A DNA stretch of 64,000 bases from an uncultured Acidobacteriota bacterium (GCA_963809475.1 CAWEJS010000001.1:1050125-1114124), one strand, 5' to 3'. Shown: positions 1 to 8,554, numbered from the stretch's first letter. Numbers and translations are program-made. The notes: generated by a model not told the origin, from the letters alone.

Positions 1-75
1 TGCCATGTTCAGTGGTTCCGCGGTGCAGGTGCCGGCCTCGAGGTTCACGCGAAGGACGTTCTTGGTCCATGCCAT
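1..75 (-). CDS. aldehyde:ferredoxin oxidoreductase (AOR) family catalytic subunit, first 25 codons only (gene runs off left edge)
   Basis: Minus-strand ATG at 73-75 with AAGGAG at 84-89. Translation MAWTKNVLRVNLEAGTCTAEPLNMA resembles the typical AOR N-terminus (..ILRVNLTxG..). It lies 12 nt downstream of a poly-ferredoxin gene. Confidence 0.55.
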   Translation of the reverse strand, partial: MAWTKNVLRVNLEAGTCTAEPLNMA

Positions 76-87
76 GGCAATTGCTCC

Positions 88-564
88 TTACGCCGTCACC
101 GCGTTCGTGTCGGTCTTGCCGGCCCACTGGCGCATCTTCCCGAGGCCGGTCCAGTCCGCGTCCACATAGGTGATGGCGCCCGTCGGGCACGCCGCCGCGC
201 AGGCCGGAGCGCCGTCGCAGAGGTCGCACTTCTGCACCTTGCCCGTCTGGGCCACGTAGTTGATGGTGCCGAAGGGGCAGGCGATCGTGCAGACCTTGCA
301 GCCGACGCAGGTGGGGTCCAGCACGATCTTCGCGCCGGTGGCGGGGTCGACCTGGATAGCGTCAACCGGGCAGGCCGTCATGCACCAGGCTTCGTCGCAC
401 TGCGTGCAGGTGTAGGGGACGAAGCGCCCCTCGTGGTGGAACGTGAACACCTTGATGCGCGATTTCGCGACCGTGAAGCTCCGGTAGTGCTCCCAGGCGC
501 ACGCCATCTCGCACTGGAGACAGGCCGTGCACTTGTTGGGATCGAGGTGGAGGGATTTCTGCAT
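88..564 (-). CDS. 4Fe-4S poly-ferredoxin electron-transfer subunit (AorA-like)
   Basis: Start set at MQKSLHL (ATG 562-564, GGAGGA upstream). Four Cys clusters are present: CTACLQCEMAC, CTQCDEAWCMTACP, CVGCKVCTIACP and CDLCDGAPACAAACP. Confidence 0.8.
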   Translation of the reverse strand: MQKSLHLDPNKCTACLQCEMACAWEHYRSFTVAKSRIKVFTFHHEGRFVPYTCTQCDEAWCMTACPVDAIQVDPATGAKIVLDPTCVGCKVCTIACPFGTINYVAQTGKVQKCDLCDGAPACAAACPTGAITYVDADWTGLGKMRQWAGKTDTNAVTA

Positions 565-712
565 GGCGCGTCCTCCTGCGGGAACCGACTGTGGCCGACG
601 GTCGCAATAGTAGATCGGAAGGCAACCGGCGGGCGGTCTTTCGTTCAGTCGAAGCCGCGAATCCCGGTTAGAATGCCCCGAAACGGAAGGCACAGTCTGT
701 GGGGAGGAACCG

Positions 713-1255
713 ATGAAGCGAATTGCGCTCGTGACGGCCCTCGGTATCGCGCTGGCGATGCTCGCCGCGGCGCCCCGGGCCCAGGATCAGGCCGGGACGG
801 CGATGACGCTGCGGCCGGTGGTTCAGACGCCCGAGTGGCAGAAGCTCCGGTTGCTCGTCGGCCGGTGGGATGGATCCGTCGAAGAAGCCGGGAAGAAGAT
901 GCCTGCCACGGTCGAGGTCAGGATGACCGCCGACGGGTCGGCCCTGATGCACGTCCTCGGCAAGGACACGCCGCACGAGATGGTGACGATGTTCCATCCG
1001 GACGGCACACGGCTGCTGGCCACGCACTACTGCGCCGCCCACAATCAGCCGCGCATGGCGCTGATTGCGGCGCCGGGCGCAAACCAGCTGGCGTTCGAGT
1101 TCGTCGACGGCACGAACATCGGCCCTGGCGACGGCTACATGGGGCGCCTGGTGATCACCTTCACGGACGCCGACCACCACGACGAGGCCTGGACCTTCAG
1201 GGCCGGCGGGAAGGACGGGCCAGCGACCGTCTTCCGGTTCGCGCGGCAGAAATAG
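713..1255 (+). CDS. secreted hypothetical protein (signal peptide; DUF1579-like beta-barrel guess)
   Basis: GGGGAGG RBS at 701-707. N-terminal signal MKRIALVTALGIALAMLAAAPRAQ. No catalytic motif recognised. Confidence 0.55.
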   Translation: MKRIALVTALGIALAMLAAAPRAQDQAGTAMTLRPVVQTPEWQKLRLLVGRWDGSVEEAGKKMPATVEVRMTADGSALMHVLGKDTPHEMVTMFHPDGTRLLATHYCAAHNQPRMALIAAPGANQLAFEFVDGTNIGPGDGYMGRLVITFTDADHHDEAWTFRAGGKDGPATVFRFARQK

Positions 1256-1316
1256 TGGCCAGCGTCTCCAACCAGGGGGCTTGCTCAGCGAGCCCGACGG
1301 GGAACCCGTGAGCAGG

Positions 1317-2384
1317 ATGACGAGCAGGTCCGCTATCGTGACTGTTCTGGCGCCGATCGGCGGCAGGGTGACCGCCGGCCTTACTCTTCTCGCGGTCTCG
1401 CTGCTCGTGACCGCCGGCGCCGCCATGACCGGTGCTGCACGTCCGGTCCCGGTGTTGGGTGACGCCGATCGGATCCGCATCGCCGAGGCATTCCGCCTGG
1501 CCCGCGCACTTGGCGATCGCCTCTGGCCCGGCTGGACCTCGGCGCCGTTCGCCGTGTTGCTGGTGACCCCGGACCAGGAGTTCCTCGTTCGGCACCCGAA
1601 GCCGACGCCGGATTTCGCGAGACTCGGCAACGATGACATGCTGGGAACGGCCGTGTGGTCGCGGCCCCGCCAGTTCGACGTCAACCTCCTGGCTAGTTTC
1701 CCCGCGGTTGGCGATGTCCCATCCATCGTCATCGGTCAACCCGCGAACACCGCGGCGACGACGTCGACGAGGTGGGTGCTCACGCTGCTGCATGAGCACT
1801 TCCACCAGTGGCAGTACTCGCTGCCCGGCTACTATCCGGGCGTAAACGCGCTCGGGCTGGCACGTGGCGGGCAGCAGGGAAGCTGGATGCTCAGCTACCC
1901 GTTTCCCTATGGCAAGCCCGACGTGCAGGCGCAGTTCGCGCTGATGTGTGCGCGTCTTGACGAGGCCCTCACGCAGGAGGCCGACGAGCGCATGGCGTCC
2001 GTGCGTACCTACCTCGACGCGAAGCGTGCGCTCCGACGCCTGGTGTCGGCCGACGACTACAAGTACCTCAGCTTCCAGCTCTGGCAGGAGGGCATCGCGC
2101 GCTACACCGAGTACCGGATCGGCGACCTCGCGGCATCGGGATACGCGCCCCTTCCGGCGTTTGCCAGGCTACCTGACTTTGCGACGTACGCGGAGGCGTC
2201 TCGCGCGATGCTGGAACGGATCCACGCGCAGTTGACCTCCGCGAACCTGGGTGAGGCAGAGCGATCGGCGTTCTATCCCGTCGGTGCTGCTGAGGGCCTG
2301 CTGCTGGACCGAGTGAATCCTGGCTGGCGCGCCGAGTACGCGACGGCGGGGTTCACCCTCGATGGGTTGCTGGATCGCAAGTAA
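1317..2384 (+). CDS. membrane-anchored or secreted hypothetical protein with HExxH (HEHFH) metallopeptidase-like motif
   Basis: ORF 1281-2384. ATG at 1317 gives MTSRS followed by a hydrophobic segment. The LLHEHFHQW motif is present. The start is uncertain (TTG 1281, GTG 1308 or ATG 1317). Confidence 0.5.
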   Translation: MTSRSAIVTVLAPIGGRVTAGLTLLAVSLLVTAGAAMTGAARPVPVLGDADRIRIAEAFRLARALGDRLWPGWTSAPFAVLLVTPDQEFLVRHPKPTPDFARLGNDDMLGTAVWSRPRQFDVNLLASFPAVGDVPSIVIGQPANTAATTSTRWVLTLLHEHFHQWQYSLPGYYPGVNALGLARGGQQGSWMLSYPFPYGKPDVQAQFALMCARLDEALTQEADERMASVRTYLDAKRALRRLVSADDYKYLSFQLWQEGIARYTEYRIGDLAASGYAPLPAFARLPDFATYAEASRAMLERIHAQLTSANLGEAERSAFYPVGAAEGLLLDRVNPGWRAEYATAGFTLDGLLDRK

Positions 2385-2788
2385 CGGAACCCGACGCGTG
2401 CAGGGGGTCTTCGCCGGCAAGGGGAGCCATCCGATCGGGAACCCGCCTTCGTGGGTGTAGTTCACCCCAAGGTCCTGTGCGTCTCGCGCCACGTTGTTGT
2501 TCGCCGGGCACGCCGCCGCGCACAGCGACTGAGGGCGTTCGAGTCTACGCGCGGTCTCCACGCGGTGATGATGGGATGTCCGGCAGGCGGAGGGGGATTG
2601 CGGCAGTGTGCACAACTGAACAGACCCGGCGGGCGGAAGGCCGCCATACTGGCGGCTACGTCGGTTGATCACGAACGCTCCAGCGCCGTGACGCCGTAAC
2701 CCGGCATGGCCGAGAGACGGGTGACCGTCAAATACGCCGCGATTTTCGTGGCTTCGTTGATCCGACGGTTGAAGGAGGAGAACACATC

Positions 2789-3445
2789 ATGCGTGTCATC
2801 ACCGGATTCCAGGCGATTGCCTTGGGCCTCGCGATCACAGTCTCAGGCTGCGCGTCGCCGCCCAAAGCGGACGTGGATGCTGCCAAGGCCTCGATCGACA
2901 AGGCCACCACCGACAGCGCGGGTCAGTATGCCGCCGAGTCGCTCAAGGCTGCACAGGACGCCCAGGCAGCCCTCGACGTGGAGCTGAAAGCCCAGGAAGG
3001 CAAGTGGTTCAAGTCATACGACAGGACCAAGGAACTCGCGGCCGCTGCCAAGGCGGCGGGCGACAAGGCGGCTGCCGAGGCTGTCGAGGCCAAGCAGAAG
3101 GCCGAGGCTATCGCGGCCAAGGCGCAGGCCGACGCCGCGGCCAGGGCGAAGGCCAAGGCGACTGCGGTCCGGGTCGGGGGCAAGATCGAGGCACCGATCA
3201 AGATGAACGACGTCCCACCGGTGTACCCGGCCATTGCGCAGTCGGCGAACGTCACCGGGGCGGTCATCATCGAAGCGACGATTGGGGCCGACGGGAAGGT
3301 CGTCGACGCGACGGTCATCCGTTCGATCCCGTTGCTCGACCAGGCCGCGCTCGACGCCGTGCGGCAGTGGGTGTACAAGCCGACGCTCCTGAACGGCGTG
3401 CCCGTGCCGGTTCTCATGACCGTCACGGTCAACTTCAAGCGGTAG
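2789..3445 (+). CDS. TonB C-terminal-domain lipoprotein
   Basis: Strong RBS GAAGGAGGAG. Lipobox-like LAITVSGC. Ala/Lys/Glu-rich linker. C-terminal TonB_C-like PPVYPAIAQSANVTGAVIIEATIGADGKV..LLDQAALDAVRQWVYKPTLLNG. Confidence 0.75.
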   Translation: MRVITGFQAIALGLAITVSGCASPPKADVDAAKASIDKATTDSAGQYAAESLKAAQDAQAALDVELKAQEGKWFKSYDRTKELAAAAKAAGDKAAAEAVEAKQKAEAIAAKAQADAAARAKAKATAVRVGGKIEAPIKMNDVPPVYPAIAQSANVTGAVIIEATIGADGKVVDATVIRSIPLLDQAALDAVRQWVYKPTLLNGVPVPVLMTVTVNFKR

Positions 3446-3493
3446 CGTGTAGCGGCCTCGCTGCACCTCGCCCTTGCACGCGCAGATGCCGGG

Positions 3494-3594
3494 CCGAGTC
3501 GGATGGTGCCCCTCGACGTGTCTACCGTCGATTGATCGCCAGGGACACCATCCGCCTCGGTCTCATGACGTGTGCCCTGCCTGCGCGAGGGAGC
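3494..3594. repeat. copy 1 of a ~90-nt repeat (core 3505-3550) in the tonB_C / nmrA convergent gap
   Basis: The 46-nt core GGTGCCCCTCGACGTGTCTACCGTCGATTGATCGCCAGGGACACCA has 39/46 identity to 4790-4835 in the same orientation. It is flanked by inverted arms CCGAGTCGGATGGTG / CACCATCCGCCTCGG. Confidence 0.8.
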
Positions 3595-3618
3595 CGCCAG
3601 CCTCGGCTCCGATCGCCG

Positions 3619-4467
3619 TCAGCTCCGCTGCGTGGCTGCCCACGCCGCGAGCGTCGTTGGCGGGAAGCCGAATTCCCGCGTCAACGCCGGAATATCGGCG
3701 TCGTACCCGACACGGTCGAACCACTCGAGCATGAGCGCCATGTCCATGCTGGTCTTGCGGACGTCCTCAATTGGAACCTGCACGAATTCAATCGGCCGGC
3801 CCAGCACCTTCGTGAGCGTAGCGGCGGCCTGCGGGATCGTCACCGCGTCGCCGGCGATGTCGATCTCGCGCCGGTTCAGTGTCGTCGCGTCGGTGAACGC
3901 GCGGGCGCCATATCGGCCGATGTCGCTGACCGCAATCATCTGCAGGATTGTTGTGGGCTTCAGGGCGGCACACAGCGTGTCGCCGTTCAGGAACCAGGGC
4001 GACAGCAGGTTCTCCATGAAGAAGACCGGCCGGAGGATCACATGGGAGGGGAAGCCCAGGCTCCTTACCGTGTCCTCGACTCTCGCCTTGTTGTCGAAGT
4101 GGGGAATGCCGGTCTTTCGATCTGCGGATCCGACGGACTGGTAGACGAAATGCTGCACGCCCGCTTCGCGCGCGATCGTCGCGAATCGCTTGCCCTGTTC
4201 CTCTTCTCTCTCGGCGCCCGCCTCCCACGTGTTCTGCACGGCGAGGGTGCCCCAGGCGCCGGCGAGAGCCGCCTTGAGTGACGCCGCGTCATCGAGGTCG
4301 CCTCTGACAAGCTCCACACCCGCGGCCGCAAGGGCGAGCGCGGCGGAGCTGTCGGTCTTGCGCGTCATGGCGCGGAGGTGGAAGCCCTTGCCCATGAGCG
4401 CCCGGATGACGGCTCCGCCCTGCTTGCCTGTCGCGCCCGTAATGAGAATCGTTCGTTCACGAGTCAT
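3619..4467 (-). CDS. NmrA-family NAD(P)-binding protein
   Basis: Start set at MTRERTILITGATGKQGG (ATG 4465-4467, GGAGGAG upstream). Rossmann TGATGxxG motif and NmrA-like sequence throughout. Confidence 0.85.
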   Translation of the reverse strand: MTRERTILITGATGKQGGAVIRALMGKGFHLRAMTRKTDSSAALALAAAGVELVRGDLDDAASLKAALAGAWGTLAVQNTWEAGAEREEEQGKRFATIAREAGVQHFVYQSVGSADRKTGIPHFDNKARVEDTVRSLGFPSHVILRPVFFMENLLSPWFLNGDTLCAALKPTTILQMIAVSDIGRYGARAFTDATTLNRREIDIAGDAVTIPQAAATLTKVLGRPIEFVQVPIEDVRKTSMDMALMLEWFDRVGYDADIPALTREFGFPPTTLAAWAATQRS

Positions 4468-4541
4468 GCGTCTCCTCCAGGGCAGTGTGCTCTCGCAGTG
4501 TGTCCCCACAAACCACAGTAATTCGATACGAGATGATTCCC

Positions 4542-4572
4542 TATCTATGTACGCTGGCAGCGCCGTTGTCAA
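4542..4572 (-). promoter_or_regulatory. candidate sigma70-type promoter for nmrA
   Basis: The minus strand reads TTGACA (4567-4572), then 17 nt, then CATAGA/TAGATA (4542-4549), about 70 nt upstream of the nmrA ATG. Confidence 0.3.
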
Positions 4573-4661
4573 GCGCCCGCAGTCGGCCAGCGTTGGAGGT
4601 GCTGCTCCGACCGGCATTCGCAACCGCAGCCGACGTCAGTGGGAACCGCACACGATTCGCG

Positions 4662-4692
4662 CACACACAACAAAGGCGCCCTCACGGGCGCC
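4662..4692 (-). terminator. intrinsic terminator ending the gap-pgk-tpiA-secG-tRNA-Leu transcript
   Basis: Minus strand: GGCGCCC GTGA GGGCGCC (4675-4692) followed directly by UUUGUUGUGUGUG. Confidence 0.6.
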
Positions 4693-4789
4693 TCGCGGCT
4701 CGCTCCCAATACCTAGGTTGCGAAGTCGGTGGGTGGCGGTCTGCCTTCGCCATGGTCCGGCTCAAGGGGGACAGGGCCAGCGATGAACT

Positions 4790-4873
4790 GGTGCCCCTCG
4801 ACTTGCTTACTCTCGATTGATCGCTCGGGACACCACTCGACTCAGTCGCATGGCCTGCCACGGGCGAAGGAGC
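4790..4873. repeat. copy 2 of the ~90-nt repeat (core 4790-4835)
   Basis: GGTGCCCCTCGACTTGCTTACTCTCGATTGATCGCTCGGGACACCA, plus a tail that also aligns with copy 1 (..TCAGTCGCATGGCCTGCC..GGAGC). Confidence 0.8.
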
Positions 4874-5013
4874 GAAGTGGGGTGGTCCGCCTTCGCAACA
4901 GTCCGGCGAGATGTCTTCCTCCCGTTGCTTCGGCGAGACAGCCTTCGCCTGTACCCGGCTTGCCGAGCCGTAGCTCACCGGAGGTGAGTGGCAAGCCGAC
5001 GGTAAGCGAAGGC

Positions 5014-5100
5014 TGGTGCGGAAGGGGGGATTCGAACCCCCACACTCTTGCGAGTGCCAGCCCCTCAAGCTGGTGCGTCTGCCAGTTCCGCCACTTCCGC
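5014..5100 (-). tRNA. tRNA-Leu(GAG), CCA encoded
   Basis: The reverse complement folds as a class II tRNA: acceptor GCGGAAG/CTTCCGC, anticodon stem CCAGC/GCTGG with loop TTGAGGG, long variable arm CACTC-GCAA-GAGTG, T arm GGGGG-TTCGAAT-CCCCC, 3' ACCA. Confidence 0.95.
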
Positions 5101-5129
5101 AACGAGGGCGAGCGTCGAACGAACCGCGA

Positions 5130-5432
5130 CTACTTGGCGGGTGTCGCGGGGGCCGTCGGCGAGGCCGGCAACTTCACGCCGCTCACGACGGACGAAGGGG
5201 CCTTCTGCCAGGCGATGGCCAACCCGATCGACCCGACCATGAAGAGCACGGCCAGAACGGTCGTGGCCCGCGTCAGCATGGTCGCCCCCGACCGGGCGCC
5301 GAACACCGTCTGACTGCTGCTGCCGCCGAACGCGCTCGCGATGTCCCCCGCACGCCCCTGCTGGAGGAGAATCGAGGTGAGCAAGAGGAGGCACACCAGC
5401 ACGTACAGCGTCACCACCAAGTAGTAGAGCAT
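5130..5432 (-). CDS. secG: preprotein translocase subunit SecG
   Basis: 100 aa with two TM segments and the typical [14 protein letters not shown] motif. Follows tpiA as in many bacteria. Confidence 0.85.
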   Translation of the reverse strand: MLYYLVVTLYVLVCLLLLTSILLQQGRAGDIASAFGGSSSQTVFGARSGATMLTRATTVLAVLFMVGSIGLAIAWQKAPSSVVSGVKLPASPTAPATPAK

Positions 5433-5439
5433 CCCGCTA

Positions 5440-6201
5440 TTATACAGATCGCGCGCCGGCCACGATCGCGAAAAACGACCTCACGGTCAGACTCGCGCCG
5501 CCCACCAGGGCCCCATCCACGTCCTCGATCGCCATCAAGTCCTTGATGTTCTCGGGTTTAACGCTTCCCCCGTACAGGATGTGGCAGGCCCCGGCCGCCT
5601 CCGCCCCGAACGTGCCGCGCAGCGTCTCCCGGATGTGCGCGTGCGCTTCGCCCGCCTGGGCCGGCGTGGCATTGCGCCCGGTCCCGATCGCCCAGACCGG
5701 CTCGTACGCGATGACCAGCGAGGCCACCTGCGCCGGCGTGAGGCCCGCCAGGCCGGCGTCGAGCTGCCGATCCAGCACGGCCAGCGTCCGGCCGCCGTCG
5801 CGCTCTTCGAGCGTTTCGCCGATGCACACGATCGGCGTGAGATCGGCGGCCAGCACCGCCGCGAGCTTGCGGTTGACCCACTCGTCCGTATCCCCGAAGA
5901 GGCGCCGCCGCTCCGAGTGGCCGATGATCACGTAGCCGGCGCCCGCGTCCTTGAGCATGCCGGTGCTGACTTCGCCGGTGAACGCCCCGTCCTTCTCCCA
6001 GTAGCAGTCCTGGGCCGCGATGCCGACGTTCGTGCCTCGCGCCGCCTCGGCGGCGGCGCGGATGGCCGTGAACGGCGGGGCCACGACGATCTCGGCGCCC
6101 GTCACGTCCGCGGCGAGGGGGCAGAACTCACGCAGATAGGCAACCGTCTCGTCGACGGTCTTGAACATCTTCCAGTTGGCCGCGAGAAAGGGAGTGCGCA
6201 T
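5440..6201 (-). CDS. tpiA: triosephosphate isomerase
   Basis: [16 protein letters not shown] and [11 protein letters not shown] motifs. Confidence 0.95.
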   Translation of the reverse strand: MRTPFLAANWKMFKTVDETVAYLREFCPLAADVTGAEIVVAPPFTAIRAAAEAARGTNVGIAAQDCYWEKDGAFTGEVSTGMLKDAGAGYVIIGHSERRRLFGDTDEWVNRKLAAVLAADLTPIVCIGETLEERDGGRTLAVLDRQLDAGLAGLTPAQVASLVIAYEPVWAIGTGRNATPAQAGEAHAHIRETLRGTFGAEAAGACHILYGGSVKPENIKDLMAIEDVDGALVGGASLTVRSFFAIVAGARSV

Positions 6202-6229
6202 GTCACCTCCCCGGGGGCTGAACCCCGGG

Positions 6230-7423
6230 CTACGCGTCTGTCAGGGCGGCCACCCCGGGCAGCACCTGGCCGCCGAGGAACTCGAGCGACGCGCCGCCGC
6301 CGGTAGAGATATGCGTGATCCTGTCCGTGACGCCAGCCTTGGCCACGGCCGACACCGAGTCTCCGCCGCCGATGATCGTCGTGCCTTTCACCTCGGCGAT
6401 CGCCTTCGCCACCGCCGTCGTGCCGGCGTCGAAGGGGCTCGTCTCGAACACGCCCATCGGCCCGTTCCACACCACGGTCCTGGCCGTCGCGATGATGCCG
6501 GCATACATCGCAGCGGTCTTCGGTCCGATGTCGAGGCCCATCCGATCGCCGATGGCCGGGTCGTCCACGGCCAGCGTCTCCGTGGCCACCCCCGGCTCGA
6601 TCTTCTCCGCGACGACGTGATCGACCGGCAACTCGAGGCGGATGCCCTTCTCGGCAGCCTGGGCCAAGACCGCGCGCGCCGCGTCGAGCTTGTCGTCCTC
6701 GACGAGGGACTTGCCGACGGGCAGCCCCTTCGCCTTGAAGAACGTGTAGGCCATCGCGCCGCCGATGAGCAGGGCGTCGACCCGGCCGAGGAAGTTCTCG
6801 ATCACGTCGATCTTGTCCGACACCTTCGCGCCGCCGAGCACCGCGACGAACGGCCGTTCGGGCGACTGCAGCGCCAGGCCCAGGTACTTCAGCTCGTCCT
6901 GCATCAGGAAGCCGGCCGCCGCCTTGGGCAACAGCTTCGCCATGCCCTCGGTCGAGGCGTGGGCACGATGGCTGGATCCGAACGCGTCGTTGACGTAGAG
7001 GTCCGCCAGTTCGGCCAGCTGCTTCGCGAACGCCGGGTCGTTCTTCTCCTCTTCCTTGTGGAACCGCACGTTCTCGAGGAGCACGAGGCGGTTGCCCTGC
7101 GCCTGCGCCTGCGCGATGGCGCGCATCGCCGGCTCGCCCACGCAGTCCGTGGCGAACGTCACCGGCCGGCCCAGCAGCGTCGCGAGGTGCGCGGCGACGG
7201 GCTCCAGGGAGAACTCGGGGCTCGGCCCGCCCTTCGGACGGCCGAGGTGCGACGCCAGGATCACCGTCGCGCCCTGCTCGAGGGCGTACTGAATGGTCGG
7301 CAGCGACGCGCGGACGCGCGTGTCGTCCTTGATGCGTCCCTCCTTGATCGGGACGTTGAAATCGACGCGGATGAAGACCTTCTTCCCGCGCATCTCGAGA
7401 TCACGAATCGACAGCTTCGCCAC
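6230..7423 (-). CDS. pgk: phosphoglycerate kinase
   Basis: GTG start at 7421-7423 ([25 protein letters not shown]) with GGAGGAAT RBS. Pgk motifs throughout. The longer ORF to 7534 is an out-of-family extension. Confidence 0.93.
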   Translation of the reverse strand: MAKLSIRDLEMRGKKVFIRVDFNVPIKEGRIKDDTRVRASLPTIQYALEQGATVILASHLGRPKGGPSPEFSLEPVAAHLATLLGRPVTFATDCVGEPAMRAIAQAQAQGNRLVLLENVRFHKEEEKNDPAFAKQLAELADLYVNDAFGSSHRAHASTEGMAKLLPKAAAGFLMQDELKYLGLALQSPERPFVAVLGGAKVSDKIDVIENFLGRVDALLIGGAMAYTFFKAKGLPVGKSLVEDDKLDAARAVLAQAAEKGIRLELPVDHVVAEKIEPGVATETLAVDDPAIGDRMGLDIGPKTAAMYAGIIATARTVVWNGPMGVFETSPFDAGTTAVAKAIAEVKGTTIIGGGDSVSAVAKAGVTDRITHISTGGGASLEFLGGQVLPGVAALTDA

Positions 7424-7437
7424 GGTATTCCTCCGGC

Positions 7438-7462
7438 GAATCCCGAACCCCGAGTCCCGAGG
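7438..7462. repeat. short heptanucleotide array GAATCCC GAACCCC GAGTCCC GAGG
   Basis: Read directly in the 40-nt gap between the gap stop (7464) and the pgk start (7423). Confidence 0.7.
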
Positions 7463-7463
7463 C

Positions 7464-8471
7464 CTAGAGCCCCTTCGTCGCCATGTAGAGCGCCAGGTCG
7501 ATGCAGCGCACCGAGTAGGCCCACTCGTTGTCATACCAGGAGAGGACCTTCACGAAGTCGTTGTCCATCACCTTGGTGTACGCGGCGTCGATGATCGACG
7601 AGTTCGAGTTCCCGCGGAAGTCGATGGACACGAGCGGCGCGTCCTCGACGGCCAGGATGCCCTTGAGCGGGCCGGCCGCGGCCGCGCGGAACGCGGCGTT
7701 GACCTCCTCGCCGGTCGTCTGCTTCTCGAGGATGGCGGCGAGATCGACCACCGAGACGTTCGGCGTCGGCACGCGCATCGAGAACCCGTCGAGCTTGCCC
7801 TTCAGCGCCGGCAGCACCTCGCCGACGGCCTTCGCGGCGCCGGTCGTCGTCGGGATCATCGACAGGGCCGCGGCGCGCGCCCGGCGCAGGTCCTTGTGCG
7901 GGAAATCGAGGACGTTCTGGTCGTTCGTGTAGGAGTGGATGGTCGTCATCCAGCCCTTCTTGATGCCGAACGAGTCGTTCAGCACCTTGGCGAAGGGCGC
8001 CAGGCAGTTGGTCGTGCACGACGCGTTGGAGACGATGACGTGCTTCGCCGGGTCGTACAACTCGTGGTTGACGCCCATGACGAGCGTCGCGTCCGGCGCC
8101 GTCGCCGGCGCGGTGATGACCACGCGCTTCGCCCCGGCCGTGACGTGCTTCATGGCATCGTCGCGCTTGGTGAACTTGCCGGTGCCTTCGAAGACCAGGT
8201 CCACCCCGAGGTCCTTCCACGGGAGGAGCGACGGGTCCTTCTGCGACAGCACCTGGAACTTGTCGCCGCTGACGCTGATCCAGCCCTCGCCGGCCTCGAT
8301 GGTGGCCGTGAGGTTGCCGAGGATTGAGTCGTACTTCAGCAGGTGCGCGAGCGTCTTCGTGTCGGTGATGTCATTGACCGCCACGAAGTCGATGTCCTTG
8401 TGGCTGAGCGCCGCGCGCATGATGTTGCGGCCGATCCGTCCGAACCCGTTGATACCGACTTTGATTGCCAT
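7464..8471 (-). CDS. gap: type I glyceraldehyde-3-phosphate dehydrogenase
   Basis: Start at [16 protein letters not shown] (ATG 8469-8471). Catalytic SCTTNCLAP motif. Confidence 0.95.
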   Translation of the reverse strand: MAIKVGINGFGRIGRNIMRAALSHKDIDFVAVNDITDTKTLAHLLKYDSILGNLTATIEAGEGWISVSGDKFQVLSQKDPSLLPWKDLGVDLVFEGTGKFTKRDDAMKHVTAGAKRVVITAPATAPDATLVMGVNHELYDPAKHVIVSNASCTTNCLAPFAKVLNDSFGIKKGWMTTIHSYTNDQNVLDFPHKDLRRARAAALSMIPTTTGAAKAVGEVLPALKGKLDGFSMRVPTPNVSVVDLAAILEKQTTGEEVNAAFRAAAAGPLKGILAVEDAPLVSIDFRGNSNSSIIDAAYTKVMDNDFVKVLSWYDNEWAYSVRCIDLALYMATKGL

Positions 8472-8554
8472 GGTCACTCCTTCAGCTGCAAAACCCTGAT
8501 TGTAGTGAAGGGGTTGCGGAGTGGTCAAACCGGCGTGGTATCTTGGAGCGGCCC

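Noticed and set aside
2169-2672. 167-aa minus-strand ORF in the long intergenic region.
   Set aside because: Its 3' part overlaps the end of the HExxH gene on the opposite strand. There is no RBS and the composition is low-complexity. A decayed gene remnant remains possible but is unsupported.
3505-3550. tRNA fragment, integrase att site or integron attC as an interpretation of the repeat. On the minus strand it ends ..GTCGAGGGGCACCA. The same applies to 4790-4835.
   Set aside because: There is no TPsiC-loop consensus. The apparent T-stem in copy 1 (CGACG/CGTCG) is not maintained in copy 2. There is no similarity to the adjacent tRNA-Leu, no integrase gene, and no RYYYAAC/GTTRRRY attC core sites.
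4693-5013. RNase P RNA, tmRNA or SRP RNA in the long tail after tRNA-Leu.
   Set aside because: The hallmark motifs are missing on both strands. These are GAGGAAAGUCCGG (RNase P), a tRNA-Ala-like end with GGUUCGA T-loop plus a tag ORF (tmRNA), and the GGAA-tetraloop helix 8 with AGCA/GGAA loops (SRP).
4682-5102. Minus-strand ORFs of 128 aa (4682-5068) and 86 aa (4842-5102), and the plus-strand ORF 4729-5313.
   Set aside because: They run through the tRNA-Leu gene and the repeat region. There is no RBS and no family resemblance.
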